Origin: Octopus sinensis
Taxonomy: Eukaryota
Length of the DNA stretch: 64,000 nt
NCBI RefSeq assembly: GCF_006345805.1
Contig: NC_043001.1
Location: 69,626,001-69,690,000, forward strand
Reading direction: 5' to 3'
Part shown: piece after piece, positions 10,902 to 24,800 of the stretch
Position numbering within the stretch: position 1 is the first letter of the stretch
Layout of the letters: each line of letters begins with the position of its first letter
Position numbers and translations under genes: made by a program
The notes under the pieces: generated by a model
Told to the model about the DNA's origin: nothing
The model's input: the letters and a program-made list of their open reading frames with translations, nothing else
The model's database searches: none

Positions 10902-11284
10902 TCTCTCTCTATATAAACGGCAGTTTGTCTGTGCGTGTCTCTGTGTGTCTGTTTGCTTGTACCCTCACCCTGACCACGGCTTTCAACCGATTCTGATGAA
11001 ACTTGACACACACATAGCCCAATGTCATAATTCAAAACTAACGCAGCGAAAATTTTGAAAAGTTCCCCCAGTTCTGAAAAAAATCGATAAATTCGACATG
11101 GGGTCGAGAATTAGAAACACAAACCGCAAACTGTCTAGGGGACGCAACTCCACCTTTTTTAACTAAAAAAAAAATTTACCATAATTTTTTTCCATTTTTT
11201 TGCTATTTTTTGGCTATAACTCTCTAAAAATGCTTTATAGTTATTTCCCTTACAAACCTGAGCAACGCCGGGCGATACTGCTAG
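10902..11284 (+). mobile_element. Non-autonomous Helitron
   Basis: 5' TC after A; 3' GC-rich hairpin (cctgagcaacgccggg) then CTAG followed by T; the first 210 bp are shared with 17191. Confidence 0.75.
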
Positions 11285-11734
11285 TACTAATTAACCACGA
11301 GAAACATTTTCTTGCGTCCCAATTGCTCTGGAAATTTGTGACATTCAACTATTTTCTATTTATATCCATACACAAACAAACGCACACATACACTTACAAG
11401 CACACATTTACGTTCATATATACGTAACTATATTTGTAAACTCGATCTATGACCAAATACATGCACATGCACATACCACTAACAAAAAACTTTAGGAAAA
11501 TACTCGTGATCACATATAACTACGTGCACAGCATAATCTCTAACGATTAGATGTGCACTAACACTATATGCCTAAAAGTCCATCCTCTTCTTTCCACAAC
11601 TGTTCACGATTATCTCAGTAAAACAATTTAAGCCATACTGTACCAGTTTTATGTCACAAGTAATAAGAATAGGTGGCAACATGGTAGCACCAAGGGGAAA
11701 ATACCACCACAAAAGCATAGGGTTGAAAGTGATA

Positions 11735-11917
11735 TTGGCTTCAAATTTTGGCAGAAGGCCAGTAATTTCGAACCCCAGTGCTCAGCTGGTATTTTATTTT
11801 ATTTCAAGATGAAGGGCAAAGTCGATCTCGTCGAAATTGGAACCCAGAACGTAAAGGCGGCCAAAATGCAGCTAAGTATTTTGCGTGGCGCTGTAACGCT
11901 TCTACCAGCTCGCCGCC
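11735..11917 (-). mobile_element. SINE of the 37317 family
   Basis: Reverse complement begins ggcggcgagctggtagaagcg and contains gatcgactttgcccttcatc. Confidence 0.75.
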
Positions 11918-13973
11918 CAACGAATGAAAATATGTTTAAAGTCTAGTTATATCGAGTAAAATGTTTATTGATACTGGCGTTATTAATCTAGACTTTTGAT
12001 GGATGACAGGAAAGTGTTTATTACACAATACATATATAAGACAAAGACAAAGGAAGCATGATGGCAGTTAATTTTGTAAAAGTATCCTAAATGATGGCCA
12101 TGGAATTATTATGGGCACAAAGTGCTTCAAAAGAAAAATACCAACTTGCGATTTTCTTCAATGAAATTACATTATCTCAGTAAACAAAAGTACTGAAACA
12201 ACTTCTTAGTATTTCAATGTTAATCTATACAACAAACAAATCCACTAGATAGAGCGGCCTAAGTAACTTCAAACCACACCCTAACATCTTAAAATAGGAA
12301 ACAATGAATGCTGATCTAAACACTTGTAGCCTACTCACGGTTGGGATGATTTCAAGGCAGCCTTCCAATAAGGTTGAACTGGACTACTATAACAGCACCG
12401 GCAGTGAACAGTGAAAGCTATCTCATTACAACTAGGTGGATTTAGTGGTTAAGGGATGTGTATATTGGTAATAATTCCCAGGACAGCATGTCAGTATTCA
12501 AAATTTCGGTTATTTCATCCCGAAGTTATATTCCATCATAATGTCATTAGTGGTGATGCTATATTTCAAATGGAATATTGAAAACTAGACACCTACATAT
12601 CTTACCAACAACGTTACATTTAATAGAAACATTACGCTGACGCGCAACACTCGACATTGCGTGCTGAATTCAAATTTATTGGGGTTTACACACAGAAAGT
12701 TCGAAACTATTTTAAATGTGATAGATTAGTTTTACTTCACAAACATGTTTTCTTCATAAATGAAAGAAAATACCTCATGATGTAATCAACATGGGAAAAA
12801 TGAGATATTCCCTAAATAAGCAAAGCGACACCGATATAGTGACGTTGATTCGTTTTAAAGTAATATTGACCACTTTCACAACCACAAGTGATATTAAATA
12901 AATTTTGAAAAGTCTCCAAATTTCAATTTTCAGGTTTGAACAAGTCTAGGCGTAATTACAATTAACTGGTTAATCATCAGGGGGCGTGTATTTGAAAAGA
13001 ATAATTTTTACAGTAATTTTTTAAAAACATTATATATACCTCAATTAAGTTCATGTGCAATTAAGCAATGAATTATTCATATTATTCTGACGCCTGTCTT
13101 AAATGAAGTCTACGACTATTTTGAAAGTCTCTAACGCGACAGAGTTCTCGTAATATATACGTATATACATATGTTTTGTGTGTGTGTGTGCGTGCGCGTG
13201 CGTGTATGTGTGTGTGTTTCTGTGTGCATGTGTGTACTGTGCAATATATACAGACATAAGCACACACACACACACACCTATATATATACATGCGTTCATA
13301 TATTCGTGTATGTATGTATATGTCTAATACAACGCTTGAAATTGGAAAACATTGAGGAGATTGGAAGTGTATGTTGCAATTGGTCGTGATTTTATCAGAA
13401 TAATTTTACGATGGCCGCTAAAAATTAATTTCGAAAACATATGAAATATATAAAATATATAAAAATTTGGAAAGTTCAAATATAATTGTTTCACTAATAA
13501 TTAATTAGTGATGATAATTAGAAACTAAGTGAACGTAATTACTAGTGGTATGTGTTCCTGATAGTGCCACAGTATATACAGTGATATACTTATTGACGAC
13601 AAAATAAAAATAGGAAATACAAGGGATGGAAAGGTAAATTTGATTATGATTATTAAGAAAAAAGAAATGTATTTTTATTGTCAGAATTTTGCTTCCTTAC
13701 ACTCTTCTCCCTCCTCCTACACCCACTCTCTTTTTCTTTCTTCCTTTTTCCTCTTCGTTGCTCATTCACTCATTCACTCTCCCTCTCTCTGTGTCTCTTA
13801 TATATGTCTTATCTTTGCCCAATCTCTCTAATATATCAATATCTCACTGGCTCAGCCGTCATGTGAAAAAGTTCTGGAAGCGACATGTATAATGAAGTAA
13901 ATTTGTAATACAACACTCACCAAGATATTCGAATATATATTCATACATGTATGCACACCCATTTATATTTATG

Positions 13974-14027
<54 letters not shown>

Positions 14028-14228
14028 ATATATATAATACACCTACATACACACACATGCATAACATGTGTGCGTTTTGGTGTAAAATGCAAACGTATAA
14101 AGTGCAAATGCATTGGGACATGCACATTCAGAAATTACAATCTGCTAAAAGTCGTCATTAAAATACATACCTCCATACGCCTTCACACACACACACACAC
14201 ACACATAAATACATACATATACATATAT

Positions 14229-14265
<37 letters not shown>

Positions 14266-15492
14266 CGACGTGTGTTTGGCCATTTATGCTTTTGCATGTT
14301 CATATGTGAGTGCATGTGCGTACGTATGTGTGCGCGTGCGTTTTGGGTGAGTGCATTTATGTGTATGCATGCGCTATGTTCAGAGTCAAATCTAACGCGT
14401 GCGTTAAATATTCTTATCAAAAGTGTTTAAAGTAAATGTATATTTAAAATAATGACTCCAATTTGAAACATATTGTAATTAGCATAATTTTAATTAGCTC
14501 TTCAAAAAATGTAATTAGTGTAATTATATCCTATTTAGGAAATTTACAGTGTCTGTACATCTATTATTACATCATTTAGTTTATGCGAAATATCGGTGTT
14601 CTTATTATCTTTAAAGTTTCTTAAAGGGTGTTGTTTTGAAGACAAGAGAAAATAACGTTCCTTTGGTTAATTTTCTCTATTTTTCTATATCATCACAGTT
14701 TCGTCGGAATATTTTCTTTTGGGATTATTATTAAGATGAATTATTTTGTCCAATAAAATGGGAATCATTATATCCTGTAATAAAGAATATTTGCATCAAG
14801 GTTCAACACAAACCGTAACAAGTGCTAACCTTAAGTGCGAATGCTTGCCTCGAATATCTGAAATCTTTAGTCAGCTTCGGAAGAGCAGCAGCTCACAGGG
14901 GTCTTGACATATTCACATCGATGAAGGCAAGACCTGCTTCCAGGAGAGTGTTTCGCTAGTAACTCTGAAAACCTAGTTGCCCTTACAAATATGTAAGTTA
15001 AAAAGATATGTGTGCATAAAATCTTCATGGTCATATTAAATATCTTTTGAAAATGTGTTATATCCATTCGCCACTCAAAAGGGAGTACTTAAACCAAACT
15101 CATACAAATTATGCATTTGTTCTGTAATATGTCCTCACGGAACTTAATGTCTTCGTCTGAGCTCAATTCAGTTCAGGGTTAAAATAAAAATATATATTAA
15201 ATATAAACTAGGAATAGATAGTGTTATCCCTTACATAAATTCTTCAAAGTTGTGCAGCGAAGACAATACTATCATTGTAGAATATATATTTGTTTACTCT
15301 GCGTGAAAAATGAATACAACGGAGTGAACTGGAATAAAATCATCAAACATGTCTATGAAATATGCACAGGTAAAAGAAGTGTAAACTATAAACGTTTGTA
15401 GAAAAGTAGAGACAAGAACCAACACTAATCCGAAAACTTCACAAGAAACACAATCTTACCTCTGGAATAAAGAGCATAACAATTAAAATTTA

Positions 15493-16439
15493 CCAGGTTG
15501 AGTAAAAAGTAAGCAACATTTTGAACCATGAAGAGTTTGTACCGGATTTTTGCAGAGCTTTGAATTTTTTCTAAACACTTTTTTAATAAATGTCTGATAA
15601 TGCAGACATAGACTTACCCAAATTCATCAATAAATTAACATTGATTTTTTTTTTCGCCGTTGTTACAATCATCTGAAACAGAACTGTGGAAGCGCAATAT
15701 TTGTGCAATTTTGCTATTCAAATTCAAAAAAGGACGTAAAGCGGCTGAAACTGCTCGAAAATAGTTTAAACGATTTCGCCGTGGAGTCCTGAGGCTTGAT
15801 GATCGTGAGCATACTGCACGCCCATTTGTCATCGATGACGGTCAATTGAAAACCGTCATTGAGACAAATCCACGTAAAACCACTCGAGAACTGGCAAAAG
15901 AACTTCAAGTTAGCCAGAGAACTGCTTGCAACCATTTGCATGCGATCGGAAAATCAAAAACGCTCAATAATTGGTTATCATAGGATTTTTTAAAAAATCA
16001 GAAAATGCACAGGTATGAAATTTTCTCCACACTTCTCTGTAACCAGACCAATCCATTTCTCGACCATTCTTCATTCTTCATGAAAATGATCTACCTCACG
16101 TTTCGCTAATGACCCTCGAGAAGTTGAGGGAACATGGTTACGAAGTTCTGCCCCACCCGGATTATTCTCCATGCCTTTCTCCTACCGACTATCACTTTTT
16201 AAAGCACCTTGATGGTTTCCTGCGAGAGAAATCAAACATGCTGAAAGTGCATTCAAAGATTTCATCAGCTGCAGGACTAGAGATTTTTATGTTACTGGAA
16301 TAAACAAATGTGTAACTCGTTGGCAAAAATGTGTTGATAGTAATAATACTTAATTTAATGAATAAAAGTTCCGCGTTGTTGAAATATATTGTGATGAATT
16401 TCCTGTTTCAAAACGTTGCATACATTTTACTGAGCCTGA
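15493..16439 (+). mobile_element. Internally deleted mariner (Tc1/mariner) DNA transposon
   Basis: TA at both ends. Imperfect TIRs ccaggttgagtaaaaagtaagcaacattttgaa and (reverse complement) tcaggctcagtaaaatgtatgcaacgttttgaa. Transposase remnants FKKGRKAAETAR, ETNPRKTTRELAKELQVS and EVLPHPDYSPCLSPTDYHF (YSPDLAP motif). Confidence 0.92.
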
Positions 16440-17190
16440 TACTGCCACTGTAGAAAGGAAATGCAATTCGGAACAGGAAAGAGAACCAACTAAGACGAGC
16501 AATATTTACAAAACAATATACCAATACAATATTATATAGCAAATTTTTGTTGATACCCAATCTAGAGACTCAAAAATAATTTTGAGCAGTAATCAATAAA
16601 AAGCATTCTAAAGCGTTTACAGTGTTTTTTGTGTAACGTTATTCTTACCTAAGAATTTTTGAGTAGGTTGTTGTCAAAATTGTTTTAGTAGATATATTTT
16701 CTGTCTGTACATTATCTTTGTGTAAGAAAAAAGAAAGACAGTTGGACTTGTCCCAGTTCTATGTAGAATTTCCTCAACGATTGTGTAATCACATTGACAC
16801 AAGCTATGGAACAACTGCTAATAATTATCGTATCATTAGGGGCGTAATTAAGTTAGCAGACCATGTTTACATGTCTATATTGAATATTGAATATAATGTT
16901 AGCTTAGATACTTTGATATATTCATTAGTACAGAAAAGCAATTTCAGCCAAATATCATTAACGATATCTCTCGAAATGAATTCATCTATAAATAATAATT
17001 TATAATACAGTGGATATCATAAAACCACTGGACCAGGAAAAGAGCTGCAAGCTCTCATGTGTAGCTTCAAAACAAGTCTTTAATATACGCGTTATTCACA
17101 TATTTCCTGTTGTTTATATAGTTCCTTTTAAAGGAAAACAGTGTTAACTAAGTAGTATTTCATTAGCCGAGCAAACTGAAAAGAATGTCA

Positions 17191-17986
17191 TCTCTCTATA
17201 TATAAACAGCAGTTTGTCTGTCTGTGTGTCTCTGTGTCTGTCAGGTTGTACCCTCACCCTGACCACGGCTTTCAACCGATTCTGATGAAACTTGACACAC
17301 ACATAGCCCAATGTCATAATTCAACACTAACGCAGCGAAAATTTTGAAAAGTTCCTCCAGTTCTGAAAAAAATTGATAAATTCGACATGGGGTCGAGAAT
17401 CTAAGCTTTTTATATGCAACACATTTTCATGGTGAAGCTTAATGTTACCTTAAGAAACTTAATTGTTACGTTAGTTTTCCATGCAATACCTTACCATAAA
17501 AAAAATCGATAAAATCAAGCAATTTTGGGAAATCGCGTTCAAATTCAAGATGACATATTTTCGACAATATCTTTCACAAATTGGCAGGAATTTTTTTTTA
17601 AATTCACAGCGAGCATCATGTCTGCTCCAAGGAGCTATATGACCCTTTTTATTCCAATAGGATACTTTATTACTGGAAAAAATCGGTTAATTAAATCATA
17701 TGTGGCACACATAGCAAACCGATTTGTGAATTAAACACAAACCATAGACTGTCTAGGGGACGCAACTCGACCTTTTTAACTCTCTTGGGAGGCGCAATGA
17801 TGTTTTCATGTTTTCGCCCAAAGGGACAGCTAGGAACATCGTATACACAGAAGTATTCGAGTGAATAGAAGACATTGCAACCTACACATGCGCCTTCGTT
17901 CCCAAGAGGGAAAGGACTAGATTGGGATTAGTCGTTGCCTACTATGGGCTCTTACATACCCGGGCAACGCCGGGCTATGCTGCTAG
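17191..17986 (+). mobile_element. Non-autonomous Helitron, longer variant of 10902-11284
   Basis: A|TC start; cccgggcaacgccggg hairpin then CTAG|T; shares 17191-17400 and 17733-17781 with the shorter copy. Confidence 0.78.
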
Positions 17987-18540
17987 TCTATTATATAGAA
18001 GCCAATGTCTTTATATGTGTTCGCTTGTTACACATATAAAGATGACTCGAAAACTACGGGACCGATCATAATGAAATGAACACAAAATCTAAGCCAAGGG
18101 AGAAGAGTAATGCCATATGTTTCATACAATTCTGAGGGGGCATAAAGCGAACAGAACCATCCATAAAAATTCATATGTTTGGGATTTTGATTAAATTTGA
18201 ACGGAAATTGTATTCTATGCATAAGGGCAAATGTAACGCAGTCTATGTTTGAAAGTAAGGGGGAATAAAAGAGGCCATAAGCCCCATGAAAATTCATATA
18301 TATTTACTGTGAATGAAATTTTAACTATAGCTATATATCTATAGTTAAATATATTAGACACAAATGAAGTAATATTCCTAAAATTTCAACTTCTGGGGAG
18401 GTTAGTAAGACCCCTTAACGGGGGCTTAACCCTCACAATTTAGTCCTTTTTTCTAAGTCAAGACGAAAACAATTGTAGTCCTGGAAGTTGTAGAGTTACC
18501 CGAGGATACGAGACGAGCTTTATTTGTAATTCAGTGGTAC
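17987..18540 (+). mobile_element. Probable second Helitron-like element abutting the first
   Basis: Starts TCTATTATATA immediately after CTAG and contains ggaccgatcataatgaaa, similar to accgattctgatgaaa of the neighbour; 3' end unclear. Confidence 0.45.
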
Positions 18541-19239
18541 TACAGTGTAAGCGTTTGCTTTGAGATATACATAGGCTACGATTTCTGCAATGCGGTGCAT
18601 AGGAGTAAACGAGAGGCATCTTCGCCTCCACTGATTCAGCTGCAAAATGTTATTTTGAGTAAAGATATTAGTTTGCAGACATCCTTTTAGTCTTTTTATT
18701 ATCACTGGGTCAGATATAGACTATGATAGTAACATTGATATCAAGGCCTTTGCAGATAAGTGATTGGCCATTCAGAGAGATTTATAGATTGCAAATATAT
18801 TCTGTTCAGTTACATATTGGCATAGGTACCATTGGCAATCTCTAGAAGTGACACTTTCATTTCCCCTTAGCTTTCACGGCACAAAGCTGTTAATGCTTAT
18901 TTAAGTTGGGTCACGCCCTTCCAACTCTTATAGATCCGTAATGCATCTTAAGACTGTGCCGGGTGAGGAATTCTACATTGAGGAGTGGTAACGACAAGAG
19001 TAGGATAGCTAACTGCTTATCGTGATTATTCGTCTTACGGTTTCCTCTAGCTTTGCTCTCTTTTACAAGCCCAATGAACATGCATGTATTGCAGAGTCGA
19101 GTCGAAAGACAGCATCCTAACAACTGTATATTTGGAGACTAGCTCAGAAAAATATCCAGTGTGGATGGCAAAAATAGAAAATAATGCTATGAATGTCGAA
19201 TTACCAGAAAAATAAATTAGCTAAATTAAAAGTCACGTG

Positions 19240-19523
19240 ATCTCGTTAACGCCCAGACTATGCACTTTGTATAATCACAATGCGCTTTGCTATATTTTAA
19301 CTTGCGAATGATGCCACACCGTTGGTTAGGGGAGCGGGCCAACATAATGAACTGATCGGAAGGCTGGTCAGTTGCAGAGTCACCCATTTGTAGCTGAGTG
19401 GATTGGGGAAACATGACCTGAAGTGTTTTTCTCATGAGCACAACGCGTTGCCCTGTCTGAAAACCGAACCCATGATCTGGCGATCATGTGTTCAGTGCCT
19501 TCACCACTAGGATGCGTGCCTTC
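19240..19523 (-). mobile_element. Old tRNA-derived SINE
   Basis: Minus-strand head gaaggcacgcatcctagtggtgaagg...gggttcggtt, then ttgtgctcatgagaaaaacactt; related remnants at about 2560-2710 (-) and 27035-27170 (+). Confidence 0.6.
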
Positions 19524-21080
19524 ATAAATTCAAATACATTATGTAGAATATGTATTATGCATTGTCTAGTCTCCACTTTCATTTTAAATTTGCAGTAATT
19601 TAATCATTTTTATCTTTCGTTATAAGAGTCAACGTGTATGTGTGTGTGTAGTTTGCTGAAACTGAACTTTCATTTCGTTTTTCAAGTTTCAATCTCACAG
19701 TAATTATCGTGGCGCAAACATTTTTTATGTATGCACATACATACTAGTTGCACAGAGGCACAAAATTATGCACACACCACACAAGCAGACACACATACAC
19801 ACACACATTTTCAACAAAATATAGACATCCACGCACACACATACGCAGGGAGATCGGAGATACGTATTTTATGCTTAAAACAATGTATCTAACTCCGTGT
19901 AAACTGCATCATGAACGAACATGTAATAATAATAACACGACCATTATCCCTATTACTCTCTCTGAATTACATTCATGGAAAGCTATATCAGCAAGTTAAC
20001 GTTCGATTTTTATTAAAATTTTAATCTAAAGAAGATCGTCACGAATACCATATAATGAAAAGCATCAAATAATGCAATTATCATTAGCTGGGTTTTTAGG
20101 GAGACAAAGGGAGAGAGAGAGAGGAGAGAGAGAAGAGAGAGAAAGTGATGGGGGTAAAGATTTAAGAGTGACTGGTGAGAGACATGTGCACATAGTATTT
20201 TGCAGCTTTTACGTTTCTTTGAACAGGATTTTGAAGTTTATCTGATAAACTGATAAAATGTGTATTTCATAGAACAGGGAAATATAGTTACATACGAAAT
20301 GTTTGTATTCTCTTGCCATTTAAGTTTAGTTTTATATCAATCCTATGATACTGCATTATCTCTATTGCATTGATGGAGAGTGAAGTTGCAAGCTGCTACT
20401 TTTATTTAATAAAGGCATTACTGATATATAAGGGAAATAAAATAGCTGTTACAATACGGAATCAAAATCGGATAAAATACTTTGACTTTTCCTCCTCCGA
20501 ACAATTCGAACTTTTTTAAAAAGTGTGTAATATCGATTGAACTGCCAGCAAATGGTACACAGAAAATATTATTTAAACTCGGAATGTTAAAGGCAATGTC
20601 ATAAAATGATAGTATTAAGGATTTGACATTGAAACGCAGTCAAAGTCGTTGAATATATACACAAATAGCAATGTTATATGTTAACCAACATGCTATCAAT
20701 ACCTTCCCAATTTTCAGAGGTGTTTCTAACCACATAAATGTACAATGAAACGAATATGTTATTTCAAAACTATGTCGTCATTTATTAACTTGTATGTCAA
20801 ATAAGCTCGCTTTATGATTTATAAATGCAGACAATACACTTAAGGAATGTAAATATTTAGAAAGGAATACTTTTAAGACATTTTATGGGAATAACACAAT
20901 GTATTATTCCGAGGAAATTATAGAACGATAACACACGTCCTCTTAAAGGTTTTCCTCCACATGATACTCTAAGTACTGGTTAGTGGGCTACAATTTAAAT
21001 TTTAATCACATCCCGTCGTGAGCTGAAACTAGATAAAATAAATAAAAATTAAAAAAATACATACATACATCATTAAATTC

Positions 21081-21115
<35 letters not shown>

Positions 21116-21429
21116 CAGTGAGAAATTGATAGAGTGAGAGAGAGAGAGAGGGAGAGGGGCAATTATGCGATACACACATTACATATAATAGCTGGGGGAT
21201 TGATATACAAAATATGTATATATGCATATATGCAAAGCAAAAGAAACAAAAGACTGATGACGTTCAGACGATGAATAATTAAGTACAAAAATATAGATAT
21301 TGATATTAATAGATGAAACTTACACAGTGTACAAACGACAGAGTAAATTAATGGAGAAGTGGTAAGGAGTCATAAGACCAACAGCTGTTTCTTACTTAAC
21401 TCTTCCCTTTTAATTTTCTCTGTTCTTTG

Positions 21430-21820
21430 TACTGTGTAAGTAAGCAAGCCTTGCAAAATACTTAATGGGATTTCAGCAGTCTTTACCTTTTGGGATCAAA
21501 TTCGTCGACATTTTTTCTTTTTTATCCTTTCGGAATCGATGAAATAAGCACCAATACTGAGGTCTATGTAACCGAGTAAACCGTTCACCAAATAATTTCC
21601 GGTCTTCTGCCTACAAAGAATTATGAAGAAGGAAAGCTGGCAGAACTGGTACTGTGCCAGACAAAAATGCATTTCTTTACGTTCTGAGTTGAAATATTGC
21701 CGACGTTGCTACTGCCTTCAACCCTTTAGGCCTCCATAGAATTCATGACAATCAATCACTTATTTTACCACTGAAACTGAGTTGCCTCACCCCTAAAATA
21801 TTGCTCTTTTTGGACTAAAA
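21430..21820 (+). mobile_element. Two tandem degenerate SINEs of the 37317 family
   Basis: ttttatcctttcggaatcgatgaaataagcacca and ttacgttctgagttgaaat motifs. Confidence 0.6.
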
Positions 21821-24800
21821 TTACTATTATTATCAAGTTTTATGATTTGCGAATTAAATTTCCTTAAGACCGTTATTAGTTGTTTTGAAACTTAAACCTG
21901 CAATTTAGGGAGCTTGATATGGTTGTAAATTGTTTTACAGAAATTCGTAGTGAAACTGAAATTTGGAATGTGACAATAATTATTAGTTAAAACTAAAGTA
22001 AAAAATAACTGTCAAAAGATGGCCCAAAAGTTTGAAATATTAGATGAAAGCTATTTTGTAGCATTCAAAATATGACGATGTTCTGAAGTAAGAAGTTTCA
22101 TGGCTGGCAAAAGAAATATATTTGAAATTATATATTTTTAAAGACAAATCATACTTTTGAATTCTATAGAAAATATATGATTTATGTTTAAAAGTTCTAA
22201 TGTCTATTTCGAAACTTACGTTATAATTTACAAATTTTTATAAGCTAAATATATATGTATGAATTAATATGTCTGTGCGTGTTGTATATTTTTCTGAGAT
22301 TTGTTTAAGTTCTTTGCAAAGGTCAAGTCGTTTAATATCGACATTATGAACAATTCTACTTTCTTCATGAAATTTCCTGAAATTTCTGAATAAGCAATGC
22401 GCACACATTTGAAGAAAGAAGCGCCAGTATACTTGAACACCTCTAATAGCTGTACATATGCAATAGTACACATTCTGCATAATTATTCTTCGTGTACGCG
22501 CGTGCGTTCATGCTATAACCAGTCAGGCACACTTTTTAACTCCAGAATATCCAATGCAGAAATTTCCTGTGTTTTACATATCTTCAATATACCACTGATT
22601 GATTTTTTGTGAGAAAAACTTGATTTTCTTCTTTCTTGAGAACATTCGAGCTTTCGAATTTCTTTTTAAATCTCTTTCTACTTAGAAAATTGTATCTGAA
22701 CTTTTTCCTTCAGACACACACTTACAGACACAAAACATTATCTGCTGTCATAATACATGGACCTGAACCAGGGTTGTTTCGACACACAGAATCCAAAACT
22801 GGCATCCGTTTATTACCATCATGTAAGGTTTTAAAATGCTGGATCTATATATACATATTAAAACAAGGACTGGAAAGTTTGGAATGGTTTCAGTTCCATA
22901 TTACGTGTGTTTCGTTACATTATGAATATAATACATTATGAATATAAAACTTCATGATGATATGTTATCAATTTATATTATCATTATTAATATTTATATT
23001 TATACTCGAAATATATTTCCTATACCGTAAAAAAAGCATATATAACAAGGAATAAATGCAAATATGCCAAACTTTTCGGAATTTCTTTTAATATATATTA
23101 ATGCCACAAATATGACTCGCCAGGACTTTCAGTTAATATGTATGACTTTCCATTTGAAATAAAATATCTATGTACATACTTTTGAATAATGGAATGTGCA
23201 GATGTGCATCGCTAAGACAGCTTGGCTTATAACCTCTTCAAAACACACATATATATTATATGTGTGTGCGTGTGAGTGTGTGTGTGTGTTTGTTTGAGTG
23301 TGTATGTGCGTGTGTGATTTTGTGCGTGCGTGTGTATGTATGCATACATATATGTACAGAGACAGAGATACAGAGGGAGTACATGCTTCCGTACGGGTTT
23401 CGTCTACCCCTCTCCAATTAAATATTACCACTCGATTAGTGACAAGCATAAAAAGCACTTATTCTTCACCTGTTTCACAGGAGAATTTTTCATAACACGA
23501 ACGTATTTGTGGCCCTATTTATGTGTATATAGTGAGTTCGTTTCCTGCCGAAGTCGACTTCGCCTTGTGCTACACACTCGTCGATATAGCAGAGAATTGT
23601 CAACTAATAGGTCAATCCCTTTATCTTATATCCCTTCCAAATATATTGTGACGTTTTACCAAGGTTTAAAGTAATATTAATCACTTACTTCAACAGCCAA
23701 TTTTTCCAAGCCATAAATGGAACAATATCACAACTATCATTAATTTAAATACAAAATAAGCTTCATAAAACATAACTAACACAAAAAGCCTCGTTTAAAA
23801 TTATTTTTTCTTTGATTAATTCAATGGTGATGTTGTTTCGCTTTGGGCATCATCTAATTGATTTCTGTTTTATCGAGATGAAAGCAACTTAAAATTTTAG
23901 ATTTCACTTTTCTTATTTTATATCCTCATTGTGACTACTCCGTTTACAATCATTTTATAAAGATTGTCATTTATTTTTATTCTTATTGCTATTGTTTTTA
24001 ATTATTCATGACATTGTTCTTTCTATCATATTCTCGTTATTGTTGTTGCTGTTGTTTTGTTAGTCTCTGAGCAGATTTTTCTTTTATATTTGTTTACACT
24101 TGAACGTTATGGGACGTGAAAGGAAGAGATTATTTTGTGTAAAAGGGATAAAAAGGCAACCGTCTTCCAATATTTTTTCACATAAATCACTATGTTTACT
24201 ATCAATTGGTTATTTTATCGTCGTCCGCGCTAAAATCTAATTAATTCATTCTTACGGGAAATATGATCTATTTTTAAAATTTATTTTTATTTAAAATTCC
24301 TAAAAAGTATTATGTATTGCTTCCTTTTAATTCTAGAAAATACAATTAATGTTTTATATAACTGACATTTCATTTGGTCTTATTAAAAACGCTAATTACT
24401 TAATTATAATTCTGTATTAATTTACTTCAGTTTGCCCTCTGTTATTTACTTAATTATATAAAATAAAATTATGAATTTAATCCAATTTAACGAATAACCA
24501 TCAAAGACGATATGGTTTTGGTTTCGTTCCGAAAAATTCTCTGACTTAATTGTAGAAAAATGTTGTAAAGTTTCCTTTATCATTTAATGTCAAGCAAAAA
24601 TAGAAAAAAAAAATCATCAATTTACCATTAAATTCTTTAAAATGTCTTACCATCTAACAAGTTTAATGAGAATGTTTCATAATTGCTTTTGTAAATTTCT
24701 ATGATTCTTTCAATGATTTTATGCATTTAAGTTCAATAAACTGTTAAACAATTATGCCAGAGGTTACAGAGAATAAACTGTGGTTTAATATTTGAAAATT

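Noticed and set aside
10993-11005. CTGATGAAAC here and at about 17282 as hammerhead cores
   Set aside because: No stem II between CTGATGA and GAAA; the motif is part of the Helitron 5' region.
21254-21400. CTGATGA-cgt-tcag-acg and a nearby cagctgtttc
   Set aside because: The first is not followed by GAAA and the second lacks a matching core and stem I; at most a very decayed remnant.
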